A stretch of 64,000 nt of DNA from Candidatus Uhrbacteria bacterium (GCA_016205975.1 JACQSK010000021.1:106593-170592); one strand, 5' to 3'. Positions 10,304-19,096 are shown, counted from the stretch's first letter. Numbers and translations are program-made. Notes: generated by a model not told the origin, from the letters alone.

Positions 10304-11200
10304 GTGCCGGAAGCAAAACACGATATTGGCATGATCGTCACGCATGAGAAGGTCGATCTGGACGCATGCGCGTCCGTATGGGCCGCCAGGCGGTTCATGT
10401 GCAAAGACCCCAACTCCCGATTCGGGTTCATCTCCGCGGCGTTTACTCCACCCTCCGTGGTGCCTGACGGCCTCGTGTTCGTGGATATCGATGCCGGCGG
10501 GCACGGCCTCAAGGGGACGCGCGACGCGGACGGCACGACACACTCGTGCTTTGCCCTGATCGTCGAGCGCTTCTGTGAGGACAGCGACAAGCGCGCGCTC
10601 GCGCCGCTCATCGAGTTTGTGGACGCGCAGGACATCTCCGCCAATGCCGTGCGCCACCTCGCGCCCGGCCTCGATCGCGACGTTCAGAACATCCTCTTAC
10701 GCACGTCGATCGTCGAGGTGCTCTGGGGACTCAAGGAGATCTACGAAGGTCAGGGCGACAAGGATGTCGTTGACCAGATGTTCATGATCTTCGAGGTGCT
10801 CTACGTGAATGGCCTGCAGCGCCTCAAGGCAGAGGCCGATGCCGACCGGGCCGAGCTTCTGGGTGACGGCAAGGTGGCCATCATCCGACAGGGCGCGACG
10901 CCATCGGTCAACGCGGTCCTGTTCGACCGCGGCGTGGCCGTGATCGTCTATGAGGACGGCAACGACCTGGGCGTCATCCGCAACCCGCGCGTCTCCTGGA
11001 TCCGTATGGATCATGAGGACCTGCGTGCTATCGTGCAAGCTGCGGGCGAGGCGGTCGGTAACGGCGGCGATACCTGGTTCGCCCATCCCGCAGGCTTCCT
11101 TTTCTGCCGCGGCTCCGGCGTGGCCCACGCGCCCTCGCCCAGCCGCGTGGATCTGCGCGCGCTGGGGGACTGCGCCCTACGCCTGCTCAAGCGCCGCTGA
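10304..11200 (+). CDS. hypothetical protein
   Basis: GTG with AAGGAGG RBS. Followed by a bidirectional terminator region at 11205-11290. Confidence 0.45.
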   Translation: MPEAKHDIGMIVTHEKVDLDACASVWAARRFMCKDPNSRFGFISAAFTPPSVVPDGLVFVDIDAGGHGLKGTRDADGTTHSCFALIVERFCEDSDKRALAPLIEFVDAQDISANAVRHLAPGLDRDVQNILLRTSIVEVLWGLKEIYEGQGDKDVVDQMFMIFEVLYVNGLQRLKAEADADRAELLGDGKVAIIRQGATPSVNAVLFDRGVAVIVYEDGNDLGVIRNPRVSWIRMDHEDLRAIVQAAGEAVGNGGDTWFAHPAGFLFCRGSGVAHAPSPSRVDLRALGDCALRLLKRR

Positions 11201-11282
11201 AAGACCGGTCGCTCCTGTACTCATGGGCGATTTTTTCATCGGTAACCAAAAACGCCGGTCCGGATGGATTGGCGTTTCTTTT

Positions 11283-12704
11283 TTAGAGTTTAACCTTGCC
11301 GACTTTTTTGGCCGGCGATCGGGTCGTTGATGGGATCCAAGTTGTCGTTCCCGTGACCTCGCCGGTGAGGCCGTTCAAGGTTACGGTGAGGCTCCCAACG
11401 GTTGCCGTGTAATAGGAGGTTCCTGAGACGGCCGTGAGTCTGTATCCGCGCGCGGGAGTGAAGATCGTGTAGTCGTAGCATGAGCCGTCGGTGTAGGTCA
11501 GGTGCGCGGCGCCTGAGCGCGCGATGGACACGGCGCTCACGTAGCCGCTTGCGCTCGCGCTGTAGGCGCTGAAGACTGGATGCGCGCGGTTCTCGCCAAG
11601 CGTGTTGGCCTCGTCGATCGCGCTGTCCCCGTCGTTGTCGCGTCCGTCGTTGCAGATCTCAATGCGGTTGTTGGGGTACGCGTCGTCTGCATTGTCGACG
11701 TAGCCGCTGGGCGCTTCTGAGGAACACAGCGTGGTCGCGTCAGCCGCGTCGCCATAGCCGTCGCCGTCCACATCCGCCCAGTACGTCTGATCGCTTGAGA
11801 CGCTGGCATCCGCGTCGTTGCAGTCCGTGTCAGAGTAAACGCCGTCGCCATCTTCGTCGACGATCAAGCAGTTATAGGGGAAACGCGCAAACGTATTCAC
11901 CGAGCCCGAGTCGTCGGCAAGCGTCATGGTGCCGGTTCCCGACGTCGGACATCCGTCCACTGCCGCGAGGCCTTCCCAGTCGCCTGATTCAGGAATCGTG
12001 TAGGAGGCGATGAGCGTGCCGTCGGTCTCGCGCTCTTCCAGGCGGTCCGCACCGTCGTAGAGCGTGAAGATCGTTCCGGTCGCTTCACTGAAATACAAGC
12101 CGGACAGGTCGCTGTATCCGGAGGTCGTGCGTACTTCGTCCAAGTAGGTGATTGAGCCGCTTGTTGAGAGGTCGGCTTCGAAGACGTACATATCGGCATC
12201 ATACTGCCAGCCCGCGTAGAAGACGCCGCCTGAGACGGTCGTCCCGTAGTCGTGGAATCCGTCTGGCACCCAAGTGAGCGCTTCCAACCCCGCATAGCCC
12301 ACGGGATAGATATAGGAGGAGACGCTCCAGCGGTCGCCGGTGAGCGCGCCCGTTCCAAGATCGAACGCGTAGATGGCGCTTCGGTTTTCGTCCGCGAGGT
12401 AGACCAGGTCAGAGGCGGTGTCGGCAACGGTTATGCCTTCCCAGTTTCCTGAAGGGCCCCAAGAGTTGACCACGGTGCCGGTGGCGGAAATTTCTGCTAC
12501 GTCGCTGCCGTCGCCCACGACGATATAGGTGCCGCGCCCTTCATGCCAGATAATGCCGCTGGGCTCGAAGTCGCTCACGCGCGACAAAAGCGCCGAGCTG
12601 ATATCCGTGGACGTACTGGAAGCAGTCCATGCCGTGGCTATGGCGAGCAAGGGGACGGACAGGGCAGTCAGCATGGTCAGAGTGATGAGAAATCGGTTGG
12701 TCAT
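11283..12704 (-). CDS. secreted repeat protein with two 'putative metal-binding motif' repeats (Myxococcales-type)
   Basis: Signal peptide MTNRFLITLTMLTALSVPLLAIATA. Repeats DTDCNDADASV... and ICNDGRDNDGDSAIDE match the PF11617-type motif. N-terminal half is beta-propeller-like. The family call is from memory. Confidence 0.5.
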   Translation of the reverse strand: MTNRFLITLTMLTALSVPLLAIATAWTASSTSTDISSALLSRVSDFEPSGIIWHEGRGTYIVVGDGSDVAEISATGTVVNSWGPSGNWEGITVADTASDLVYLADENRSAIYAFDLGTGALTGDRWSVSSYIYPVGYAGLEALTWVPDGFHDYGTTVSGGVFYAGWQYDADMYVFEADLSTSGSITYLDEVRTTSGYSDLSGLYFSEATGTIFTLYDGADRLEERETDGTLIASYTIPESGDWEGLAAVDGCPTSGTGTMTLADDSGSVNTFARFPYNCLIVDEDGDGVYSDTDCNDADASVSSDQTYWADVDGDGYGDAADATTLCSSEAPSGYVDNADDAYPNNRIEICNDGRDNDGDSAIDEANTLGENRAHPVFSAYSASASGYVSAVSIARSGAAHLTYTDGSCYDYTIFTPARGYRLTAVSGTSYYTATVGSLTVTLNGLTGEVTGTTTWIPSTTRSPAKKVGKVKL

Positions 12705-12903
12705 AACGACGCGAGAGTAGCAGGAAAATGGTTTTGTGTCAATCGCTCTCCAATCCTCCATGACGCTCCTCGTCGTCTCGACCTTGGGGCGAAGACGCAC
12801 GGACTTATGCGCACACAGATCGCCGACGAGCTCGTGAAAATGCCGGAGACGCTATAAACAAAAGCAGACTTCGTATGAAGCCTGTTTTTGTTGCTTTCGT
12901 TGA

Positions 12904-13056
12904 CTACTCAGCAGCTGGCATGTCGCCTTCTGCTGGAGCCACAGCTGGAGCTGCCTCTGGGGCAGCAGCCGCTCCGGCGCAGGTAGCACACTTTTGCTCT
13001 TCGTTGAGCGGGACGCCACTTGCTCCGCAAGCGACGCAAACACCTGATCCTTCCAT
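12904..13056 (-). CDS. small CxxC..CxxC zinc-ribbon-like protein (about 50 aa)
   Basis: Reverse-complement reading gives MEGSGVCVACGASGVPLNEEQKCATCAGAAAPEAAPAVAPAEGDMPAAE. Not in the >=60-aa ORF track. No clear RBS. Confidence 0.2.
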   Translation of the reverse strand: MEGSGVCVACGASGVPLNEEQKCATCAGAAAAPEAAPAVAPAEGDMPAAE

Positions 13057-13176
13057 AGTGATTTGCGGTTACGAATTAGCACGGGGAGTATACGTGGTTT
13101 GTTTCGATTAAGCAATACTTACTTCGTATTTTTTTTGGGGGGGGGTGCGGAAAGGGTTTTTCTTTTTCGTTTTTTG

Positions 13177-13345
13177 CAGAAGCGCATCCGTATTCGAGCT
13201 CATCTTCATAGGCGGGAGCCACTGCTCCCGCATTCGGAAGCGCATCCGCCTTCGAACGCGGCAGCAGTGGCTGCCGCCTATTCCTCCCGCTTCGGAAGCG
13301 GATGCACACACGCATTCGAACGCGGCAGCAGTGGCTGTCGCCTAT
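13177..13345 (+). repeat. three tandem ~60-bp units, each with an 8-bp-stem hairpin (gcggcagc-agtg-gctgccgc)
   Basis: Hairpins at about 13211-13231 (inverted orientation), 13258-13278 and 13322-13342. The third has a C>T change that keeps a G.U pair. Conserved flanks ggaagcgcatccg..ttcgaacgc. Confidence 0.6.
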
Positions 13346-13444
13346 GAACCTCGGGAGTGGCCTGAAGTCCTTGACCGAAATCCGTCTGTCGAGTAAGCTC
13401 AGCCCTCGCGTTTTCAAGACGCGATGCTCATTACAGGAGAAAAC

Positions 13445-14590
13445 ATGCCTCCGAAAAAGAGTCCGTCACCGGACCTTTGGATCCAGGATTTGAAGAGGAT
13501 GCTTGTTGAGCGAGAAGACGGGACCCGCTGTGGGGACTCCGACTGGGAAGAGGTCGTCAAGGGACTTCCCTATGAGAACGAGGCCGTGGGGGTCTCGTCT
13601 GATGATTGCGATGATCTCCTCCCCGAGGAGATCGGCTTCTCTGCGGAACGCCTTGTCCCTTATGTCCAGAAGCCCGTTGAGCTTTTCGCGAGCGACGCAC
13701 CCATCCTCGCGAGGCCGCGCAAAGCCGTCTTTCGTATCGTCTGGCAGCCACATTGGTCCGACGATGTGAAAACCCCTGATCGTCTCTTCGGCATCGACTG
13801 CGCTCTTGGGATCGAGCTCTCCCCACCGCTTCCCGCGTCTGCTCAGCACACGCGCATCCTCGATCCGGAGACCGGCGCGATCGTTGCAACTCTGGGCAGG
13901 CACAAGAACATCCTTTGGGTGTATGCGCAGCCTATCCACCTGCAGAATAGCGCTTTTCGCCTGAACCGGTACCGGGAGATTTTCGATGCGCTTATCACCA
14001 GGGTCATCCTCCTGCTCCCCGCGCCTGCTCTCTCGCCAGAGCAGTGGGTGCGAGAGCGCGCTCAAGCGAGGAGAGCCGTTCTTGATAGGACGTACAAAGC
14101 CTATCGGGTCCATCTCGAGTGGGAGAAAGTCGCGCTTGCGTCTGAGACCCTTATCGCGTCATTGGATCGTACCGATGAGGCCGTGTCCATCACGGACGAT
14201 ATTGAACACCTTGCCTGTGAGGTCGCAGCGTACAAGAAGCTCATAGAGCAATTCCGTGAAAAGACCGCAGCCGAGTTTGAGAAGATCCTGATGCGCCCCG
14301 ACGTTCTCTCGGCGCGCCTGTGGGGTTCGGTTCTGGTACTGGACACCCTGAAGGCTGGGTCCGTCTGGACGATCGTCATCAACCGCAACAAGGCAAGCGA
14401 TCCGATTCGCTGGTTCAAGCATGTGGAGGGCGGGCGCCAGGCGTACGCGCCGTCCTACTATCGGATGCTTCTCCCTCTTGTTGAGCTCCTCAGCAAGGGG
14501 GCATGGGAGACGTTGTTGAACGCCGCGATTCAGTCGATTGGAACCAAGCGCATCCAACCCCTCAACCCACCGACAGGAGAACCGACATGA
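13445..14590 (+). CDS. hypothetical protein, first gene of the JAB-E1-Ubl operon
   Basis: AGGAGA RBS then ATG. Stop overlaps the next start (ATGA). No recognisable domain by eye. Confidence 0.45.
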   Translation: MPPKKSPSPDLWIQDLKRMLVEREDGTRCGDSDWEEVVKGLPYENEAVGVSSDDCDDLLPEEIGFSAERLVPYVQKPVELFASDAPILARPRKAVFRIVWQPHWSDDVKTPDRLFGIDCALGIELSPPLPASAQHTRILDPETGAIVATLGRHKNILWVYAQPIHLQNSAFRLNRYREIFDALITRVILLLPAPALSPEQWVRERAQARRAVLDRTYKAYRVHLEWEKVALASETLIASLDRTDEAVSITDDIEHLACEVAAYKKLIEQFREKTAAEFEKILMRPDVLSARLWGSVLVLDTLKAGSVWTIVINRNKASDPIRWFKHVEGGRQAYAPSYYRMLLPLVELLSKGAWETLLNAAIQSIGTKRIQPLNPPTGEPT

Positions 14591-15315
14591 CCAAGCGCTT
14601 CAAGGCCTCTGCTCGCCTTATGACGAGGGCTTCGCAAACGACAAGTATGCGAGCGCTCGCACTTCCCCCCGAGGTCGAGTTCACCCAGCGCGCCATGGAG
14701 GACATGCGCATCCTGGTGGAGATCTGCGATGAGGAAGTAGGATGGTTGGGCACGGCCAAGCGCCTGGGCCGCAACTTCCTTGTGAGCGAGATTTTTCTGC
14801 CGTCTCAGCACGTCGGGCTGGCTCACACGACGATCACCAGCGCCGGACTTGAGCAGCTCATAGACGATCTCAAGCAGAAGGGGCGTCCGGGCGCGCTGGA
14901 CTCGATGCTTTTCTGGGGCCATTCCCATGCGGGCATGGAAGCCACGCCTTCACAGCAAGACGACCGCCAGATGGAAAAGTTCACGCGCCGCGCGCCCTGG
15001 TTCATCCGCGCGGTCCTGAACAAGCGCGGGCACATGCAGGTGGATGTGTACCTGTGTGATGAGGGCATGAGCTATCACAATGTGTCCTGGAGCGTCCGCG
15101 CTCCCATTCCCGCCAAGCGGCTGGCCTACTGGCAAGAGCGCGTTGCGGCATGCGTCCAGAAGGTGGAACCCCACATGGGGAGGATGCACGGACTGCCGGT
15201 GCACATGCGAAGGAGGGATGGCTTGGACCCCAAAGAGGAAGTCGATCCTGCGGAGCCGTTCCCGACTCAGGAGGAGTGGGAAGCCGCGCTCGCGAAACCC
15301 GGGAGGGTCAAGTGA
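14587..15315 (+). CDS. JAB/MPN (JAMM) metallopeptidase-domain protein
   Basis: JAMM signature in WGHSHAGMEATPSQQD (H-x-H-x7-S-x2-D) with an upstream Glu (VSEIF). AGGAGA RBS. Translationally coupled on both sides. Confidence 0.6.
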   Translation: MTKRFKASARLMTRASQTTSMRALALPPEVEFTQRAMEDMRILVEICDEEVGWLGTAKRLGRNFLVSEIFLPSQHVGLAHTTITSAGLEQLIDDLKQKGRPGALDSMLFWGHSHAGMEATPSQQDDRQMEKFTRRAPWFIRAVLNKRGHMQVDVYLCDEGMSYHNVSWSVRAPIPAKRLAYWQERVAACVQKVEPHMGRMHGLPVHMRRRDGLDPKEEVDPAEPFPTQEEWEAALAKPGRVK

Positions 15316-16004
15316 TCAACATCGCGCGGCATCACACCGTTTTCGACCCCAGGACCTTTGCGGGGAATCGGGTTGACGTGATCGGGGTTGGTGCGCTAGG
15401 ATCGCGACTGACCCTCGAGCTTGCCAGGCTTGGCATCGACGGCATCCACGTGTGGGACCCGGATACGGTCTCGGACGTGAACCTGGGCAACCAGGCTTTT
15501 GCCAAGCAGGACGTGGGCGTGAAGAAGGTCCATGCGCTCGCGCGTCTCGTCAAAGAGCACACCGGCGCCGCGCTGGTCACCCACGAAGAAGCGTGCCAGG
15601 GAGAACAGGAACTTGGGGAAGTCATCTTCCTCATGACCGACTCCCTCGCCTCGCGCAGGGAGGTCTTCCAGGCCGCCATACGGTTCAACCTCACGACCAA
15701 GCGGCTCATCGAAGCCAGGCTCGGGATCGATCAAGGACGGGCGTACTCGCTTGATCCAAACCAGGGCACCGAGGTCGAAGCCTACGCGCGGACGCTCAAT
15801 GGTGTAGCCAAGGCAGCCGTGAATTCCTGCGGCTCTCCGATCTCCGTCGGGGCCACGGCAGGCACGGCCGTCTCGATCGCCACGTGGATGTTCATCCGCT
15901 GGTGGGCCAGGGAACAGGACAAGACGACAGATGAACTGGAGAACGAGGTGATCTTCGCCCTGCGTCCCGTGATGGTCACGAGTCGCAGTTTTACCCGAGC
16001 GTGA
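15312..16004 (+). CDS. E1-like ThiF/MoeB-family adenylyltransferase (minimal, about 230 aa)
   Basis: VIGVGALGSRLTLELARLGIDGIHVWDPDTVSDVNLGNQ matches the ThiF nucleotide-binding GxGxxG...D.D.V..SNL.RQ pattern. GTG overlaps the upstream stop. GGGAGGG RBS. Confidence 0.65.
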   Translation: MINIARHHTVFDPRTFAGNRVDVIGVGALGSRLTLELARLGIDGIHVWDPDTVSDVNLGNQAFAKQDVGVKKVHALARLVKEHTGAALVTHEEACQGEQELGEVIFLMTDSLASRREVFQAAIRFNLTTKRLIEARLGIDQGRAYSLDPNQGTEVEAYARTLNGVAKAAVNSCGSPISVGATAGTAVSIATWMFIRWWAREQDKTTDELENEVIFALRPVMVTSRSFTRA

Positions 16005-16034
16005 GTGGCGATCACGAAAGTAAGGAGAAAGGCT

Positions 16035-16298
16035 ATGGCTAGCAAGGCCAAGAAGGGCAAAGAGGGCGTGAAGCAAGAAGGTGGCAAGATCAGCTTCCAG
16101 GTCTTCCCGGGCAAGCGTTGCCAGGTGGGCGTGGGTGAGGGGCAGGACGCCTACACCCTCTCGAAGCTCCTCGAGCAGGAGGGGTTCAAGGCCGACGAGA
16201 TCACGGTGAAGGTGAACGGGGAGGACGCGACCGACCTCGACCGCGTGCTCAAGAGTGGCGACAGCGTCGTCCTTCTGGAGAACGTGGAAGGCGGCTAG
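16035..16298 (+). CDS. ubiquitin-like beta-grasp protein (ThiS/MoaD-like) ending in Gly-Gly
   Basis: 87 aa, C-terminus ...ITVKVNGEDATDLDRVLKSGDSVVLLENVEGG*. Lys-rich N-terminal extension MASKAKKGKEG. AAGGAG RBS 6 nt upstream. Confidence 0.55.
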   Translation: MASKAKKGKEGVKQEGGKISFQVFPGKRCQVGVGEGQDAYTLSKLLEQEGFKADEITVKVNGEDATDLDRVLKSGDSVVLLENVEGG

Positions 16299-16376
16299 TC
16301 TCTCTCTTGCGACAAAACGGCGGGGCGCTCGTGGGACGATCCGCGAGGCCCCGTTTTTCCTTCAGGAGGAATGGTC

Positions 16377-17498
16377 ATGGAAGTTACCTTTGTTGGAACG
16401 ATGCCGTGGGAAAACCCGCAAGACACGCTCAAGTCGCTTGTGTGCAAGGAGCTCCTGCCCGTTGTCGGGAAGTCCGTCGTCATCCACTTCCCCCTGCAGC
16501 GCAACCAACCCGATAGCGTTGAACTCATGGACGCTGCGCGAGACACATCAGGAGCGTTCCACGTGTTCCTTCTGGGCAGGTTTCCCCCTTGGGATCGGAC
16601 ATTCTATGTGCCTTGGGAGCCGTATCGAGAGGCGCTGGGCGGATCGCTTGTTGGGTCCCCGATCTACGCGGAAAGGAATCGAAAGGTGCCGATGGGGGAG
16701 CAGGTCGGCGATGTCGTCTGCTTGCGCGTGCGCATGCAATACCGAGAAGATGCCTCCACTCAACTCTGGATGGATCGCATCTGTGATCTCGCGCAGCACC
16801 TGAAGAAAGGGGACAAGCAACCTTCCGGACAGCCTGGGAAGACGGCACGACAGATGGCGGAAGCCCTGGTGCCCTACCACTGGAAAGAGGCCGTACAGAC
16901 AAAGACGGAAAAGCTTCGATGTCTGCGAAAGAACAGAGGAGCATTGTTGGAGGCCTTCCTTCAGGCCACGCAAGAAGCTGAGCGTTTTGTGCAGAGCATC
17001 AGGGGTGAGGGGGCGGAGCGCGGCGCGTTGGAATGCCAGGAGGAGGTTGATCGTCTGTTCCAGCATCCCTTGTTCCAGGACGCGTGGTGCGTGTCTAACG
17101 GTAGTCCGTTGGGCTTCGGCGAAACCCCTGTGCTGTTGGTCAGGACAAAGGAAATCCTCGTGAGCATGAAGAGAGGGGATGGAGGCGTCGAGCGTCGCCG
17201 GATCGGACGATTCGAAATTCGCATTCCGTTCGTTCAGGATCACAACTGGGGCAACAACGTCCACTTCAGGAATCTTGACCGCTTGGTCGCCAACCAGCAA
17301 GGGCCGCACATCGACGATCAGGGTTGGCCGTGTTTTGGGACAGGAGAGCAGATCGTGGACGGCCTCTTTAAGGAAGGGCGGCTGGCCGAGCTCGTGGAGT
17401 TCTGCCTGCACTACCTCACGCGGGTCAATACCGACGACGGCTGGGGGAAGAACATTCATGAATGGCCTTTGGTGGAAGACACTCCCACCGAGGGATAA
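16377..17498 (+). CDS. hypothetical protein, last gene of the operon (weak E2-like H..(8)..C motif, unconfirmed)
   Basis: AGGAGG RBS. Segment GPHIDDQGWPCFGTG loosely resembles a UBC HPN...G.xC active-site stretch. This is inference only. Confidence 0.4.
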   Translation: MEVTFVGTMPWENPQDTLKSLVCKELLPVVGKSVVIHFPLQRNQPDSVELMDAARDTSGAFHVFLLGRFPPWDRTFYVPWEPYREALGGSLVGSPIYAERNRKVPMGEQVGDVVCLRVRMQYREDASTQLWMDRICDLAQHLKKGDKQPSGQPGKTARQMAEALVPYHWKEAVQTKTEKLRCLRKNRGALLEAFLQATQEAERFVQSIRGEGAERGALECQEEVDRLFQHPLFQDAWCVSNGSPLGFGETPVLLVRTKEILVSMKRGDGGVERRRIGRFEIRIPFVQDHNWGNNVHFRNLDRLVANQQGPHIDDQGWPCFGTGEQIVDGLFKEGRLAELVEFCLHYLTRVNTDDGWGKNIHEWPLVEDTPTEG

Positions 17499-17550
17499 CG
17501 CACACGGTCGCACAGCGGCCGTGTTTTTCTTTTTCGTTTTTTGAAGTAAG

Positions 17551-18045
17551 ATGGACGGCGTTATGCAGCAAGGACGCATCATCATGGGGCTTGATCCTGG
17601 CTACGGGCGCATGGGGTTTGGCGTCATTTATGTTGAGGGGTCTGGGATGGAGCTCGTGGACTATGGGGTCATCACCACGGTGAGCGGGGACGCGTTTGAG
17701 AGCCGCCTGCTTCATATCGGCAACGACCTGCACGATCTGTTCGCCCATCACCTGCCTGACGCCGTGGCGATCGAAAAACTTTTTTTCGGGAAGAGCTCAT
17801 CGACCGCGATGAATGTCGCGCACGCGCGCGGCGTGGCGATGCTCATGGCGGCGCAAGCCGTGTGTCCCGTCTTTGAGTTCACACCAGCTCAGATCAAGAA
17901 GGCACTCACCGGCGACGGCAAGGCTCCCAAGCTCGCCATGCAAAAAATGGTGGCAACGCTCCTGAGTCTCCCCAAGATCCCCAAGCCCGACGACGCCGCC
18001 GACGCGCTCGCGGTTGCGATGACGGCGAGTACGAAGAGATGGTAA
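17551..18045 (+). CDS. ruvC: crossover junction endodeoxyribonuclease RuvC (Holliday junction resolvase)
   Basis: IIMGLDPGYGRMGFGVI, ELVDYGVITT and DAVAIEKLFFGKSSSTAMNVAHARGV are characteristic RuvC motifs. Length 164 aa. True start may be a downstream ATG. Confidence 0.7.
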   Translation: MDGVMQQGRIIMGLDPGYGRMGFGVIYVEGSGMELVDYGVITTVSGDAFESRLLHIGNDLHDLFAHHLPDAVAIEKLFFGKSSSTAMNVAHARGVAMLMAAQAVCPVFEFTPAQIKKALTGDGKAPKLAMQKMVATLLSLPKIPKPDDAADALAVAMTASTKRW

Positions 18046-18099
18046 AGGGCCTCAATGGAGGCCGAAACAAAAGACTCTGACTGACGCCAGAGTTTTTTG

Positions 18100-18189
18100 T
18101 GGAGCGGGTAGCGGGAGTCGAACCCTCTGGTAACCTCAATGATCTCCCAGGAAAGATCGCCGATTCCGCTCAACCTCGCGAAAACCCGC
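18100..18189 (-). tRNA. atypical tRNA-like element (about 90 nt, encoded CCA, discriminator U)
   Basis: Minus-strand RNA ends ...GAGGGUUCGACUCCCGCUACCCGCUCCA. 7-bp acceptor pairing of GCGGGUU with UACCCGC. Candidate anticodon hairpin GAUCU/AGAUC with an 8-nt loop. D-arm and variable region are non-canonical. Coordinates +/-2. Confidence 0.3.
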
Positions 18190-18358
18190 GGACCACCAGC
18201 GATCACCTAGGCCCTCCGATCCCCTCGAATAGCCATCCCTTGGGCAACACATGGGCAGCGGCCGGGGGCCGGTGCACACGCTGCGGGACACGCGAGAGCG
18301 GCCGCTCGGGCAGGGCGAAATCTCCGCGGTTCTTCGAGAGCGACAACAGTTCGCTCGC

Positions 18359-18745
18359 TCAATCCGGGTCAATGGCGTTTGCGGGCCTGCCCTCCTTCCC
18401 GCCGTCTTTCAGCATTCCGCGCTCGCGCAGCCACACCTGCGCCCTGGCCGGCTCGTCAGCGGGAGGTGGTTCCCCCTTGACCAGACGCTTCACTATCGGC
18501 CGAAGCACCTTCCACAGTTCAACGAATGCCCTCACCGTGTTAATGATCAGGAGTACCGTCTGAACGCTTTCGACGTCGTGAACTACATCCCGACGGCCGC
18601 GTCGAACTCGCTGTGGTGCATCTCCGGCTCCCTGAGCGCGTGGGGCGCTGCGTCGAACTGAGACCCTCACATCGCTGACTAGGTGCGCGGCATCGCGAAT
18701 CGCCGCGATATCGGTCTCCGGTACACTGTCTAGCTGAACCTGCAT
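18359..18745 (-). CDS. hypothetical protein
   Basis: AGGAAG RBS. Start overlaps the end of the upstream Cys-rich gene. Confidence 0.35.
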   Translation of the reverse strand: MQVQLDSVPETDIAAIRDAAHLVSDVRVSVRRSAPRAQGAGDAPQRVRRGRRDVVHDVESVQTVLLIINTVRAFVELWKVLRPIVKRLVKGEPPPADEPARAQVWLRERGMLKDGGKEGRPANAIDPD

Positions 18746-19074
18746 TTTGCTTCCTTCTGGTTGTCGGGGATCGAGAAGTCGACCCCGATTTGTGTGTTCG
18801 TGTCGTAGACCTTAATGCCTGAACGCAAGCGGAGGCACTCGGACAAGGTCGTGAGGATGTCCTGATACGAGTCCGCGTGCAAAATGACCATTGCGTCGTA
18901 GCTTCCCATGACTGCAACTACCGAGCAAAAACAGACATTCTTGCATGGGCACCCGTCCTTGTCGCAGCGCGATCCCGCCTTGCTCGCATACTCGTGCAGT
19001 AGGCGAAGTTGGTCGGTCAATTGAATGCCTGAATCGCTGAACTTCAGCTGCGTTACGGCGACAACTCTTGCCAC
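18730..19074 (-). CDS. small Cys-rich protein (CDKDGCPCKNVCFC)
   Basis: GTG start 9 nt after an AGGAGGAG RBS. Lower-GC stretch. Confidence 0.4.
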   Translation of the reverse strand: MARVVAVTQLKFSDSGIQLTDQLRLLHEYASKAGSRCDKDGCPCKNVCFCSVVAVMGSYDAMVILHADSYQDILTTLSECLRLRSGIKVYDTNTQIGVDFSIPDNQKEAKCRFS

Positions 19075-19096
19075 AACGATACTCCTCCTACGTTCC

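Noticed and set aside
13177-13345. Possible CRISPR array
   Set aside because: Only three units. The units differ in length and sequence, one is inverted, and there are no distinct spacers or nearby cas genes.
16548-17585. 345-aa minus ORF opposite the 375-aa operon gene and ruvC start
   Set aside because: It crosses an intergenic terminator/promoter region. Part of its translation comes from the T-rich 21-mer repeat (LLQKTKKKN). The + strand genes have RBSs.
18100-18470. tmRNA (ssrA) at the T-arm/CCA element
   Set aside because: No tmRNA 5' tRNA-like partner (GGGG...GAUUCGAC), and no tag-peptide reading frame or pseudoknot-rich body was recognisable within ~400 nt.
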